The translations under genes and the position numbers were made by a program. Shown piece after piece: positions 19,801 to 29,461 of a DNA stretch of 64,000 nt; within the stretch, counting starts at the first letter, position 1, and every line of letters begins with the position of its first letter. The notes below the pieces were generated by a model. That model was not told the origin of the DNA. It searched no databases and worked only from the letters and a program-made list of their open reading frames with translations. The DNA lies in assembly GCA_025823825.1 (NCBI GenBank), contig GCA_025823825.1_4720.1, one strand, 5' to 3'. This DNA is from a phage.

Positions 19801-22800
19801 GCCTTTGAGAATTCAGGACTTAAGGCGTGGGCACGTGAAGGTCTTAATGGAATAACGACGGTATTAAGTCTGCCACGGATGTTAAAACGCGGCGCGGTTG
19901 AGATCTACAAACAGCTTGACAGAACACCCGACGTTTACGTCAAGGGAGAATCAACGCCTCGTCTATTGTCCATGGTGTTGGCGGCAGGTGGGTATTTCCG
20001 TCGGTCGGACGGACAAGTCATCAAAAATCTTGAAGACATCGATGGTGATGTTGTTGATGCACAAGGTAACGTCGTACTTACGCTTGCCGACATGCAGAAA
20101 GGACTTGTCGATAAATACGGTAAAGCGATTCGTCGCTTAAAAGAAAAGCTCATCAACTTCGGTGTAAAAGCTTTTACGTTACCGTTAACCTTACTACGCA
20201 AGACAAAGGACATCCTTAAAGCCCTTCCAGGTAAAACCGTTAACGGTCTACGGCGGATGGGATTAAATTTCCAATCACCTGACGCATTACTGGTGGGAAC
20301 AACGTCGAGTATGGTAGATCGTCTCGATGCGATTTATAAGCTCCTCGACCAGCGTATGCCGGGAGGTGACAAGGATTACCGCGATTGGAATGGCGATGGT
20401 GTTCGAGAAGGATCGTTGGAAGACCTGAAACGTAAGCGTGAAGCCAAGGAAAACGGTAAGGATGACACCGGCAAAGATTCCAATAAAGGGGAAGAAAAGG
20501 AGAAGAAACGAGGATTACTCGGAAGCCTTTTCGATATGCTCGGCGATACCGCATTAGGTAAACGCCTCATGGCGAGTCCGCTTGGAAAAATTCTAGGTGG
20601 TCTTGGGGCGGTGTTAAGCGGCGGTGCATCGTTAACCGGGTTGTTGGGCAAAGGTCTCATTAGAGGAACCGGCGCGCTGGTCAAGGGAGGACTAAGTGCG
20701 GCAGGATGGTTAGGGCGTGGTGCGTTAATGGCGGGTGGAGCTGCATTGAACGCCGTTGGTGGGTTATCGGGATTAGGTGCATTCCTCATCTCACCTGTTG
20801 GGCTTGCTATCGCTGGCGGTGCGTTGGCTGCTTATGCTGGATGGAAGATCTATCAGCATTTCGCCGAGAAGCCTGACCCGATGCAGAAGCTCCGTCTTAT
20901 TGCATACGGTGCAAAAGGGGACGATAAAGACTTCAATAAGAAGCTGCTTGCGACAGAAACATACCTCACCGACCATGTGGTTATGACCGGGGATACCATC
21001 GGATTCGATCCGAAAGCCGATTCTGAAAAGATTCTCGAAATCTGGGAATTGTCTCTGGAAGATTCCGACCGAATGAACGAATGGAAACGCTGGTATCTGC
21101 ATCGTTTTATTCCTGTTTTCGCTCGTGCATACAAACTCTGGAAAGAGCATATGCCGGACGAGAAGAAATACATGGAAATGGATAAATATCCGAACGGTGA
21201 GAACAAAGTGAAATGGTCGGAAGCGTTTATCTGGCCTTCCGATAGTCCTGATGGTCCGTATTACGTCGAAGCTAACCCGTTGGGTTCTTCTGGTGCGACG
21301 CGTTATATTGCTGGTCAAGACGTCAAAACCTTGATGCTGAAACAACTCGAAGCCATCAAGAAAGAGTACCAGAATCAGATTAAGCAATACACTCATGATG
21401 AGGCTATTGCTGATTGGTCACGGATGTCTGACACACAACGTAAATCCGTTGCGCCTAACGCATTACGTGGTCAGAAAGCGTCATTACGTTTTAACGATAA
21501 ACGTTACAACAGCGCTGGTGCTAAAGGACGACAGAAACTGGATGCAACCGCGGTTATTGAAAGCGTAGACCGCCGTGGTAGGAAATGGGTTGCCGGTGGA
21601 TACATCGATGAACTCACCAGTCTTCGTGTTCGTGCGTACGGTATTAAGGTTCCGTTGTTAAGTCAGATAAAAGTGCTGATGGAACTTGAAGACGCTGTAG
21701 AACCTGGCGTTGTCGCTGAAGGTAAAGGTGTTAAATACGGTGGCGGTCTTGTCGCGCTCTACAAGAAATTCGCGACGAAGTTCGGAAGAGACGTTAACAG
21801 CAAGCATGATCAGGATATCTGGTTTGCTTGGATGAACAACCGTTTCCTGCCCGTCTTTTTAACCTATTACCAACAAGTTAGCGACATGGGCGGTCAAGGA
21901 CTTCTGTCCGACGTGGTACAGAACCTGAAAGACAGCCAACGCTGGGAAATCGGTGAAGCACTTGTCGCAACGCAATACCGTGATGAGAAAGGTACACTGC
22001 AGCCTGTATGGTCCTGGAATAGTTGTGGTTTCTCCGGTACTGAAGCTAACACCACCAGCAGTTCAACAAAGAGCCAACTCGATCTGTTAAAAGAATATGC
22101 GGATAAAGAGAAGGTTCGTGAGAAGAACGCGGAAGCATCGCAAGAGGATACCGATAAATTATCGAAGATCCAAGAGCTGATGATGAAGCAGGCTGGGTAC
22201 GAGAAGAAAGACGGTGTCTGGCAGAAGAAATCTCGCATTACCGGCGGGATGAGTAACTCCGAAGCGAATTACAACCCCAATAGGAATAAGGTCGGTGAAA
22301 GCAGCTTTACGGCTTCGGCTACTTCCAATGCGGGATTAGGGTCAACCGGCGATCTTACCGGATTGCCTAACATGGGCTTACAGAAACCTGCAATGGGACC
22401 AGGTCCTGAAGCTGGACGTCGTGCGCTTGTTAAATCCGCTGTAAAACGCGGCATTACCGATCCGATGGAAATGGCGATGTTCCTTGCGAACATCGAACAT
22501 GAATCGGGGAACTACACTCACGTACGTGAGGGGAACTATAAGACACCAGAGCATCTTAAACAGGTCTTCCCTTACAAATTCCGTGATGTGCAGGATGCCG
22601 CACAGACGATCAGCATGGGGCCGGAAGCGGTATTCGAACGTGTGTATGGTAATCGTAAAGATCTCGGGAACACACAGAAAGGGGACGGGGCGAAGTATTT
22701 AGGACGTGGTTTCATTCAGGTTACCGGTAAAGCTAACTACGCTCGTCTGTCTAAGACCTTGAATAAGGATCTTGTCAGCGATCCGACATACCTGGAAACG

Positions 22801-23586
22801 CCGGAAGGTGCGGCGGAAGGTAGTGTTGCATGGTGGCTCAACCGAGGTAACGTATTACGCGATCCCGCAAAACGGGGTGATGTGCGCCAAGTTCGTTATC
22901 TGGTTAACGGCGGCTATAACGGATTACGTGATGTTGAACAACGTTCAGCTTATTGGATTCAGGCGGCTAAGAATGGCACCCTGAAGAAAATGATGGACGA
23001 GTTATCAGGGTCAACATCAGACGATCAAGCTGAAGGACCGACCACTGCCGAACAGGTGAAGAACGAAGCAGCACAAGAGGCAAACGGAACACCTGCTGTA
23101 AGCAACGATCCGCAAGCCCCAGTATCTTCTACTACCCCTGAAGCTAAACCGTCTGCGGCTGCCGGGACGGCCCCAGCACCTGGAGAAGCATCACCAACGC
23201 CTGGAAGTTTCGAAACAGCAAAAGCCGCGGCAGGACAACCGACATCAACTCCAGCACCTAGCGATTTGCCGTCAAACCCGGGCGCAAATCGAGGGATATC
23301 GGTTCCGAATACGCCTGCACAGGTTGCGCAGTCTGCGACACAAACATCGGCTGCGAGTGAGAACTTCTACGGTAGTGCAGGTGAAATTCTCCGACAGCAG
23401 CTGACCACACAGCAGAACATCGAGAAGAACACCGGTAGAACGAATGAACTTATTTCGGAATTAATCCAAGCCGTTAAGGGTTCTTCTATCGGTAAGGGTT
23501 CTGCAAGTCCTTCTCAACAACAGGCGATGTCGCTACCTAATCGTCCGCAAGGAATCTCTCCAACACGGACAAGGTACGCACAGTAG
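16828..23586 (+). CDS. giant virion-associated protein (2252 aa) with C-terminal GH19-like peptidoglycan hydrolase domain
   Basis: Single 6.76-kb ORF, GTG start. Two tandem ~90-aa repeats (nt about 19590-20150). Gly-rich hydrophobic segment (nt about 20560-20860). GH19-like motifs FLANIEHESG, GRGFIQVTGKANY, AWWLNRG (nt about 22420-22960). Pro/Thr/Ala-rich tail (nt about 22990-23580). Confidence 0.85.
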   Translation: MKLRFNIINAEGKLRASRSNVTWERIELEVYMVDKTRVEGDDNWDNWDEDFSLDLDFNEPKDDRKPITRFAIGAVKGAAEDLTSYERMKEIARNALPKGYSDGMDLIDSAVGSTKELYNEAVRDVLPKVQSSKRLAAQLTKKYRASMPDFSKKILEQWEREAKEEDERKQAEETLRQRMASAGDDEIARKVAEALGESANQSADQFAEQQAKESIRDDIADKRYAVTNKQMSAMQEGVAKMVGFNNEFAARYMRKSLELKYRSLAIQRASFDQHKKLAEVYIGLLQNIQKNTALPDAAKAKMSEEFRRSAYQRFFGNALDAMGSFENRFFADVKKNLATNALGALKGVVSGANDALYGLNEARDSMSMMDGMGSEGDIKEMQGRMLGQFIGSTVAPWMANKGRMALRDLAKRHPNAKFASALKAVDQGGEAAAYTTRNLGKLLQEDIRKNEFNLNDPFYKQLLRGAGRWAFNMDSGRNFRVMNDTAETLAEQTSFDGLTYRSINEVIPGFLARILKSSEGIRTGNSDPDYEVYDGISGQFVSQRTREQSVNDTLFNKRTFGYYASRFNEVISVIDPDKQLSDNARKGLAKQLARDSDANIAFDPARFTDESNFDRSIDRDAIKELSNYFRNRYGIDYVPDEKGQHHQVIGNRGQYYTERNRADLRYGNLKSLQPDIQRNLNLLKRTGDVQYLERIGIVTRNSDGSYSVNHDRYFSEIDQYIDRPEYADRGDVNTRLTAQETRALALGYRDAKPSVDDVQNAGLPNIERKAAGTVTVDENIGYDKWWNDTGVITTSLEEQNRAWQELYLEALSEASEQRVEMLALLKAISEKDWSNNVSLDGEDVPEGAAPISFIDRAKQKLGGRNLFKGGRNLLWKGIKNTARLGVKGARWGAERTLGSLVNSGRRIINFNRFVFGALSKVDQVPFDIYVKGESQPRILAAKLRQGLYFDEATGKAVKRMKDIKGPLVDADGNIVISNEDIEKGLVTRAGRAFENSGLKAWAREGLNGITTVLSLPRMLKRGAVEIYKQLDRTPDVYVKGESTPRLLSMVLAAGGYFRRSDGQVIKNLEDIDGDVVDAQGNVVLTLADMQKGLVDKYGKAIRRLKEKLINFGVKAFTLPLTLLRKTKDILKALPGKTVNGLRRMGLNFQSPDALLVGTTSSMVDRLDAIYKLLDQRMPGGDKDYRDWNGDGVREGSLEDLKRKREAKENGKDDTGKDSNKGEEKEKKRGLLGSLFDMLGDTALGKRLMASPLGKILGGLGAVLSGGASLTGLLGKGLIRGTGALVKGGLSAAGWLGRGALMAGGAALNAVGGLSGLGAFLISPVGLAIAGGALAAYAGWKIYQHFAEKPDPMQKLRLIAYGAKGDDKDFNKKLLATETYLTDHVVMTGDTIGFDPKADSEKILEIWELSLEDSDRMNEWKRWYLHRFIPVFARAYKLWKEHMPDEKKYMEMDKYPNGENKVKWSEAFIWPSDSPDGPYYVEANPLGSSGATRYIAGQDVKTLMLKQLEAIKKEYQNQIKQYTHDEAIADWSRMSDTQRKSVAPNALRGQKASLRFNDKRYNSAGAKGRQKLDATAVIESVDRRGRKWVAGGYIDELTSLRVRAYGIKVPLLSQIKVLMELEDAVEPGVVAEGKGVKYGGGLVALYKKFATKFGRDVNSKHDQDIWFAWMNNRFLPVFLTYYQQVSDMGGQGLLSDVVQNLKDSQRWEIGEALVATQYRDEKGTLQPVWSWNSCGFSGTEANTTSSSTKSQLDLLKEYADKEKVREKNAEASQEDTDKLSKIQELMMKQAGYEKKDGVWQKKSRITGGMSNSEANYNPNRNKVGESSFTASATSNAGLGSTGDLTGLPNMGLQKPAMGPGPEAGRRALVKSAVKRGITDPMEMAMFLANIEHESGNYTHVREGNYKTPEHLKQVFPYKFRDVQDAAQTISMGPEAVFERVYGNRKDLGNTQKGDGAKYLGRGFIQVTGKANYARLSKTLNKDLVSDPTYLETPEGAAEGSVAWWLNRGNVLRDPAKRGDVRQVRYLVNGGYNGLRDVEQRSAYWIQAAKNGTLKKMMDELSGSTSDDQAEGPTTAEQVKNEAAQEANGTPAVSNDPQAPVSSTTPEAKPSAAAGTAPAPGEASPTPGSFETAKAAAGQPTSTPAPSDLPSNPGANRGISVPNTPAQVAQSATQTSAASENFYGSAGEILRQQLTTQQNIEKNTGRTNELISELIQAVKGSSIGKGSASPSQQQAMSLPNRPQGISPTRTRYAQ

Positions 23587-23596
23587 TCATTAGTTA

Positions 23597-23617
23597 AGGG
23601 CGGGAGATTCCCGCCCT
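23597..23617 (+). terminator. terminator-like hairpin after the giant gene
   Basis: AGGGCGGGA-gatt-CCCGCCCT stem-loop 10 nt after the stop, followed by cttcttg. Confidence 0.55.
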
Positions 23618-23635
23618 CTTCTTGAGGAATGTTAC

Positions 23636-25777
23636 ATGGGTATTCTTGTTCAAAACGCCCTAATCACCAAACAGGCATTTTTATTACCGGGCGATAGCAG
23701 CACGCTTAGTGCCGACATGATTAAAGCGAGACATACACCGTATTCCTACGATAACGTCGATGATACCACCTTAGGTGGGAACTGGGTGCTTAACCCACCA
23801 CCGCAATATACAAAATTTGCTGATATCAAAGAACGACGGCGTGCGGTTATGCCGGGATCAACGGGCATGGGCCGAGGCTATAGTGAAAGCATTAACAGCT
23901 TTAAAGAAGTCGTTACGTTACGATTCGGTAAACCTCGCTTTACGGGCGCAAGTATCTTCTTTACCGATTTCTACGATGCGGATGTTGCCGTAACGGTTAA
24001 AACCGGTCGCGATCCCGGTATTCTTTATTACGCAGCCAAAGCGTATACCACCGTTCTTTCTTACCTCACACCTCTACCCTACTTGTATATGGTTGGACGT
24101 ATTGGTCGATATTTCCTGGGTAAGCCTACCAGTCAATATTACTATCAAGTACCAACCATGCATGTGTATTGGGCGTCTTTCCAGACGCTGGTAAACCAAA
24201 CAGCGATAAACATGGGTCTTATCGCCGGTGCTGGTAAAGATAAAGGCTACGTGGAAGAAGGAGGTACCGTACTTCACCAATATTCAATCGGTGGTCAGAA
24301 CGTTGAAGAATTCATCAACTACGCCTCTAAGACGCTACCAGGGATTTATAAGAAAGGTGGTGGGATCGATATCTATCAGATCGCAACACGCCGTCAGCGT
24401 ATACAGAACGCATGGGTACGTCGTATTCAATCCATGATGGAAAACGACTACTCGTCTTACGAGGAGTTCTGGAACGATCTTGATAAACGACTTGATAGCG
24501 GGGCGTTTCCATCGGATGTAACCGGTCGTACGCTAACGCAGTATCTCGCCGACACACAGAAGTCTGCTGTTTACAGTGCGACAGCTGGTGATAATAAACA
24601 AACGATGGACGACCTTTTATTTGGAAGAGCCTCGTACACCAATAAAGATGCTGACGCCAACTTCAATGTCTCAGCGGCTACCTCCGACGGAGGTACGTCA
24701 ACACAGAGTCAGGGTACAACAGCCAATGTCGGTAATTCGACATCAGGGACAACACAAGCTTCAACAGCAGCATCGACGGCTGGAGGCGCGAACGTACAGA
24801 GCAAAGGAATCGGGCAAACGAACGCAGCCGAGGAGGCTACGTTTCTTGATCTGATGGATGCTGAACTGGCCGATGGTGCCCAGTTTATCAGTTTTCGAGT
24901 CGACTCTGTCACCAGTGTAACCGAAACGTTTTCAAACAGCGCTTCAGAAAGTTCTATCGCGCAGACGATGAATAGCCGTGCGCAAGCGAACATCGAACGT
25001 CGTTTCACCCTCTCCGGTGGTAATACAGGTTGGGCTGTACTAGACGAAGCCATCAAAGCCGGTTCCGATCTCGTTAATGGCGCTATTTCCGGGATGGGTC
25101 TGGATGGTATTTTTGGTGCCTTCATGGGTTCCGGATTCGCAGACATTCCGAAATTCTATTCTGGATCATCGGTAAGTCTTCCGCGTGCAGATCTGACGAT
25201 GGAATTACGTTCCTGGAGTGGAGATCGCTGGTCGATCTTTACAAACCTCATGGTACCTCTTTTAGCTATCCTTGCAGGTGGTTTGCCTCAGGCTACCGGT
25301 AAATCGTCCTACGGGATGCCGTTCATGTGTGAGTGTTATATTCCCGGTAAAGTCCAGATTAAAATGGGCCTTATCGACAACATCACTGTGACGCGTCATG
25401 TTGGAAACGTGCCGTCAACACGTGAGCGATTACCGTTAGGCATCGATGTCAGCTTCAGTGTTTATGATCTGTCGTCCATCGTCGCAATGCCGATCACAAC
25501 GACAGCCGCATCGATCGCAAAATTAGATCCTCGTGGCTTCTTAAGTGATCTTCTTGCTGACGATACTCCACTCAACAACTATCTTGCTGTGTTATCGGCA
25601 TTGACGCTTACGGAACAAGTTTACATGATTCCGGATTTAAGTCGTCGCATGCATAAAACCATGGCCGATATCGATAGTTTCTGGAGCAAAGGTAATTTTG
25701 CTAGCTGGTTGTCTGACACCATGCCTGGCAGGATAGCATCAGGGCTGTTATGGAAACGTACAGAACGACCGTTCTGA
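23636..25777 (+). CDS. hypothetical protein (713 aa), possible virion protein
   Basis: Long ORF directly downstream of the giant gene on the same strand; Ser/Thr/Gly-rich central region. Function not recognisable. Confidence 0.6.
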   Translation: MGILVQNALITKQAFLLPGDSSTLSADMIKARHTPYSYDNVDDTTLGGNWVLNPPPQYTKFADIKERRRAVMPGSTGMGRGYSESINSFKEVVTLRFGKPRFTGASIFFTDFYDADVAVTVKTGRDPGILYYAAKAYTTVLSYLTPLPYLYMVGRIGRYFLGKPTSQYYYQVPTMHVYWASFQTLVNQTAINMGLIAGAGKDKGYVEEGGTVLHQYSIGGQNVEEFINYASKTLPGIYKKGGGIDIYQIATRRQRIQNAWVRRIQSMMENDYSSYEEFWNDLDKRLDSGAFPSDVTGRTLTQYLADTQKSAVYSATAGDNKQTMDDLLFGRASYTNKDADANFNVSAATSDGGTSTQSQGTTANVGNSTSGTTQASTAASTAGGANVQSKGIGQTNAAEEATFLDLMDAELADGAQFISFRVDSVTSVTETFSNSASESSIAQTMNSRAQANIERRFTLSGGNTGWAVLDEAIKAGSDLVNGAISGMGLDGIFGAFMGSGFADIPKFYSGSSVSLPRADLTMELRSWSGDRWSIFTNLMVPLLAILAGGLPQATGKSSYGMPFMCECYIPGKVQIKMGLIDNITVTRHVGNVPSTRERLPLGIDVSFSVYDLSSIVAMPITTTAASIAKLDPRGFLSDLLADDTPLNNYLAVLSALTLTEQVYMIPDLSRRMHKTMADIDSFWSKGNFASWLSDTMPGRIASGLLWKRTERPF

Positions 25778-25794
25778 TATTCACCGCATAAACC

Positions 25795-25826
25795 CCCTCT
25801 CCCTTCCCTGATGGGTTGGGAGAGGG
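25795..25826. terminator. bidirectional terminator-like hairpin between convergent genes
   Basis: CCCTCTCCC-ttccctgatgggtt-GGGAGAGGG between the stop of 23636..25777 (+) and the stop of 25833..26951 (-). Confidence 0.55.
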
Positions 25827-25832
25827 ATTATG

Positions 25833-26951
25833 TTAACCTAACGACACCGTCGGTAAATCAGGATAAAGTTTCTTCAAGCCTGCCATCGTGGTGGTAGTTG
25901 TATAATTCTTACCCATCGCAGCAAGAGATGCGTATTTCCTACTGCGGGAGAAAAGAGAATAGAACCCACTGGATGTTTCCATCCACATCGTGAGGAGTTC
26001 TGCATCGTTACCGTGATAGTTCGTTTTACCCCATCCAGGTTTAAACGCATCGGCAAAATCAATTAAACGCGAGGCTTCAGCGTCGTATTCTTTAAGGGTA
26101 ATGTACGATGGAATGCGGTAGTTACGAAACAGTAACGTAATGAGTTCGGGGACAACGCTACGGGCACGTTCGGCAGTAATGAGTTCGGTGATCACAGCAG
26201 CTGTACGGAAATCGCCGTTAAGACCAACGCTGCTTAACGATTCCGCTAAAGTGGTCGCCATCGCCACTTTATCCTCCGCCGACCCAGAGTCATACAGACT
26301 ACGTACATCGATGTAGTTGCCTGCTAATGCGGCTTGACGAATCAACGATGTGACAACCGTCCGGTTCGTCTTATAGTCGTTGTAACTGAATTCGGTTCGC
26401 GTTTTCCCTTGATAGTCGAGATACCGATCAACAATCGTCGACAGTTTATAATACTCATCGCCCGACATCAGACTATCGAGAAGCTTAACGTTTCCATCTT
26501 TATCAATAAGCTTCCCTAACGCACCATTGGATTGCTGGTTAATGGTACTGTAAATCTGGTCTTTTACTTGCGATAAGATGTTATCGGTTGACGATATATT
26601 CAGGCCAGTAACATCTTTGATCTTATTCATCAATGCGTTTTCATTCAGGGAGATTTTGCCTCCGCTGATATCGATGAAAGAGTTAAGATCGCTTATGGAA
26701 ATCAAGTTTCCCGTTAACGCCGATAATGTACTATTGATACTGTTCGTAATACTGCTACGAAAACTGGTTAACGCATCCGCCGCTGAAACAGCGGTACCGC
26801 TAACCGCTTTAAGGAGCGTATCTCGCCCTGTCGAAAAATCGCTGGTGATGGTTTTGATCTTGGACGTATCTATACTCGGCAGTTTGTCGTAAAGACTCAT
26901 CACGTCCTCCTGAAAAAGAAAAAAGAAATACGGCATAAAGCCTACCCACAC
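25833..26951 (-). CDS. hypothetical protein (372 aa)
   Basis: Long ORF; Ser/Thr/Asn-rich; no motif recognised. Confidence 0.55.
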   Translation of the reverse strand: MWVGFMPYFFFLFQEDVMSLYDKLPSIDTSKIKTITSDFSTGRDTLLKAVSGTAVSAADALTSFRSSITNSINSTLSALTGNLISISDLNSFIDISGGKISLNENALMNKIKDVTGLNISSTDNILSQVKDQIYSTINQQSNGALGKLIDKDGNVKLLDSLMSGDEYYKLSTIVDRYLDYQGKTRTEFSYNDYKTNRTVVTSLIRQAALAGNYIDVRSLYDSGSAEDKVAMATTLAESLSSVGLNGDFRTAAVITELITAERARSVVPELITLLFRNYRIPSYITLKEYDAEASRLIDFADAFKPGWGKTNYHGNDAELLTMWMETSSGFYSLFSRSRKYASLAAMGKNYTTTTTMAGLKKLYPDLPTVSLG

Positions 26952-26982
26952 AATGGTGGGTAGGCTAAGATCAACATCGATG

Positions 26983-27540
26983 TTAAACTTCTTCGTTTTC
27001 TGAACCTAACGATTCAGCATCTGGATCGTCAACAGGAATTGTTGCATCAAAATACCGTTTCGTATGCGTGGTTGTATATCCTACGCTATCGGTGATGGAA
27101 ATCGTAAACGTGACTTCCCTTGCACGGATTAAGCGTAGTTTATTCATGAAGTTACGGAACGGCATCGATCCCCGATTCAACTCCTTAATGACGTTTCCCC
27201 GAATACTGGAAATGTCTTTATTCGTTTTATCAGGGTGTCGTTTCTTCACATCACGCATATGTCGGGTAATATACGAATTGAGCTGATTTGCGCCGATCCC
27301 TCTCTCCGTATAAATCTGCAACAGGAACTCCGTAAGGAAATCCTGTCTACCCGTAGGCGTCCAGAAATTGTTACCGTGATTGTAGTTAGTCGCTCGTCCT
27401 CGATTGCTTTGAGGATTTTCATCATCGCTTTCATCACGACGCTTAAGCGGATTAATGCGTGCGCGGAAAGAGACTTCATTATATTTATTTGTCATAATAC
27501 ACCAGTGTACTGACTGAGTGCGAAGGTTAGGAGTTCGCAA
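26983..27540 (-). CDS. hypothetical protein (185 aa)
   Basis: ORF preceded by hairpin 26941-26970; basic, Arg-rich. Confidence 0.5.
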   Translation of the reverse strand: MRTPNLRTQSVHWCIMTNKYNEVSFRARINPLKRRDESDDENPQSNRGRATNYNHGNNFWTPTGRQDFLTEFLLQIYTERGIGANQLNSYITRHMRDVKKRHPDKTNKDISSIRGNVIKELNRGSMPFRNFMNKLRLIRAREVTFTISITDSVGYTTTHTKRYFDATIPVDDPDAESLGSENEEV

Positions 27541-28007
27541 CAGTCTCTCGCTAGTTTCCTTGTTTTGCGTAATCCATAAGCCGCATCCAAATCGTCACGT
27601 TCCGCCAGCGCGTCTAACCACGTCGCAAGTATGCGTCCATACTCGATAACGTCACGCATGAGAACGTCGAACTGGATAACACGACCATCGGCATCAGCAA
27701 GCCAACGATTGAATGTGATTTGTGGTGCTAGTATTGCATATGTTCTCTCCTCTAATGCGATTATGTTTATGTTGCCTTCGTTATCGAACGCTTGATGCCA
27801 ACGGCGAAGGTCAAGCATCAACGACTCAGCGTCCATATACCACAACGGTAAATACGTTTTACGTGCAACGCGTATATCGTAGATGTTGTGAACCCAGGAC
27901 GTTGTTTTATAAAGCAACAAGAGTTCGTTTAACCGTTGCCTATCATCTTGAAACGTCTTCCTTTTATAACGTTGGAACGCACGCCTCAAGAAAAAGCGAT
28001 GTAACAT
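27492..28007 (-). CDS. hypothetical protein (171 aa)
   Basis: ORF with promoter-like motif at 28099-28107 about 90 nt upstream. Confidence 0.5.
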   Translation of the reverse strand: MLHRFFLRRAFQRYKRKTFQDDRQRLNELLLLYKTTSWVHNIYDIRVARKTYLPLWYMDAESLMLDLRRWHQAFDNEGNINIIALEERTYAILAPQITFNRWLADADGRVIQFDVLMRDVIEYGRILATWLDALAERDDLDAAYGLRKTRKLARDCCELLTFALSQYTGVL

Positions 28008-28098
28008 GGCATCACCTATGTATCATTCTTGCAGGCATCAATGAAGCCATCACAAGAAGGTAACGTTATACGTCGCCTTCATGACTGTCATCATGAAG

Positions 28099-28107
28099 GT
28101 AATATAG
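28099..28107 (-). promoter_or_regulatory. promoter-like motif CTATATTAC (minus strand)
   Basis: Extended match catcatgaaggtaatatag shared over 19 nt with the site at 53745-53763. Confidence 0.5.
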
Positions 28108-28140
28108 TCCTGTTATTTTTTTCAATACGGAGAATGTAAA

Positions 28141-28770
28141 ATGAGCGAATATGGTGTTGCCCCCGTAGATGATGAACCGCAAGAAGCACCTGATAAATTC
28201 GAGGTCCGTCTTGACGAAACCCGTAATATCCGCCAACGATTTATTCAACGCCTTGAAATGCTGTTAGATAGCGAATTCAAAGATTTCGAGCTTAATCCTG
28301 GCGCTGATAACAAAGCCATGGTCGACGTCGAAAACGTCGACCGAATAGGTAAGCTGTTGTTGAAATCGTTGGGCGATAACGACAAAGTCGACTTAACGTT
28401 GAAACGTATCAGTGCCGACCAGGCCATGAACGACAGCGCACTGAAAACAGCACAAGCCCTAACCGAAACCATGCTGCGCCGCTTAGGTCAGATGGATCAA
28501 CATCCTCTCGCAGCAGGGGCTGTTTATGAAGGCGAAGTCGTGAAGCCGGTCACACCTGAAGAACGTGATCGTCGACTTGGTTTTGCGTCATTGGAAGAGT
28601 TCGATAGCAAGGAGTTTTCACCAGGCGTTCTCATCCAGGGACGTGTCGAAGAAACCAGTGATGCTTTCTACGCTAGAATGGCTCAACTGACGGCGTCGGT
28701 TCGTGAGGAGGTATCTCAGAAGATGGTTGCAGACCATCAGTCTTCGGAGGCGTCACACGAGGAGGAATAA
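28141..28770 (+). CDS. acidic hypothetical protein (209 aa)
   Basis: ORF with ribosome-binding site (ggagaatg); Asp/Glu-rich product. Confidence 0.5.
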   Translation: MSEYGVAPVDDEPQEAPDKFEVRLDETRNIRQRFIQRLEMLLDSEFKDFELNPGADNKAMVDVENVDRIGKLLLKSLGDNDKVDLTLKRISADQAMNDSALKTAQALTETMLRRLGQMDQHPLAAGAVYEGEVVKPVTPEERDRRLGFASLEEFDSKEFSPGVLIQGRVEETSDAFYARMAQLTASVREEVSQKMVADHQSSEASHEEE

Positions 28771-29461
28771 AATAACTGAACCATTTTATTCCAAAGAACC
28801 GCATGAACATCACAGGTGCGTTAGAAAGTTCGATTGCTTCGTAAAGTTTGTCGTAAGCCAGATCGGAATCAGGGATGGTTTCGCTGATTCGTCTGGCTAC
28901 AACCAATACGTTACAAATCGGATTGTCTTCTAACAGCATCTGATTGGGGAGGTGCCAGCGTTTGAAATCGTAAAAGAACATCGCATTATACGTCTTACGG
29001 ATTTCTGACGGATGCAGTGTGGCCGGATGACGGTAAATAATCTCAACGCTATCTTGCGCGCCGAGGTATTGCTGGATGCCTTCTTTTAACGCCGTCGCTG
29101 CATCTCCCACAAATTCAAACGGGTACGTATTCACATGAACCGAAAAATCCGGTGCGGCAATCCCTGTCAAGCGGTCTTTCATGTAGTCCGCAACCACGTA
29201 ACATAATCGCCACATCAACTCCGTCGGAATGCATTTATCAAGAATGGTTTCATCGATATTTGCCAACGCACCCTTAAACTCTTCGTAAGTGTAAGTAACA
29301 CCCGCCTGCTTCTCCGGCTCCAGGTTATAGGGTCGGTAATGCCATTTCTTCCCCCACTTTCTGATAGCCTCCGGATCCAACGTTGTTGCTACCGCCATTT
29401 CGATATCAAGCAGCGCCTCGAGTTCTACGTACACCGTCACTAACGCCGCATTTCCAGTCAT
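28673..29461 (-). CDS. hypothetical protein (262 aa)
   Basis: Long ORF; 3' end overlaps the convergent ORF 28141..28770 by about 98 nt. Confidence 0.5.
   Translation of the reverse strand: MTGNAALVTVYVELEALLDIEMAVATTLDPEAIRKWGKKWHYRPYNLEPEKQAGVTYTYEEFKGALANIDETILDKCIPTELMWRLCYVVADYMKDRLTGIAAPDFSVHVNTYPFEFVGDAATALKEGIQQYLGAQDSVEIIYRHPATLHPSEIRKTYNAMFFYDFKRWHLPNQMLLEDNPICNVLVVARRISETIPDSDLAYDKLYEAIELSNAPVMFMRFFGIKWFSYFIPPRVTPPKTDGLQPSSEIPPHEPTPSVEPF

Noticed and set aside
17124-22493. Numerous 60-200-aa ORFs on the minus strand and in alternative frames inside the giant gene (for example 20376..20789, 20791..21396, 21894..22238)
   Set aside because: All are nested within the continuous 2252-aa reading frame; Pro/Arg/Ser-rich antisense translations of a GC-balanced gene.
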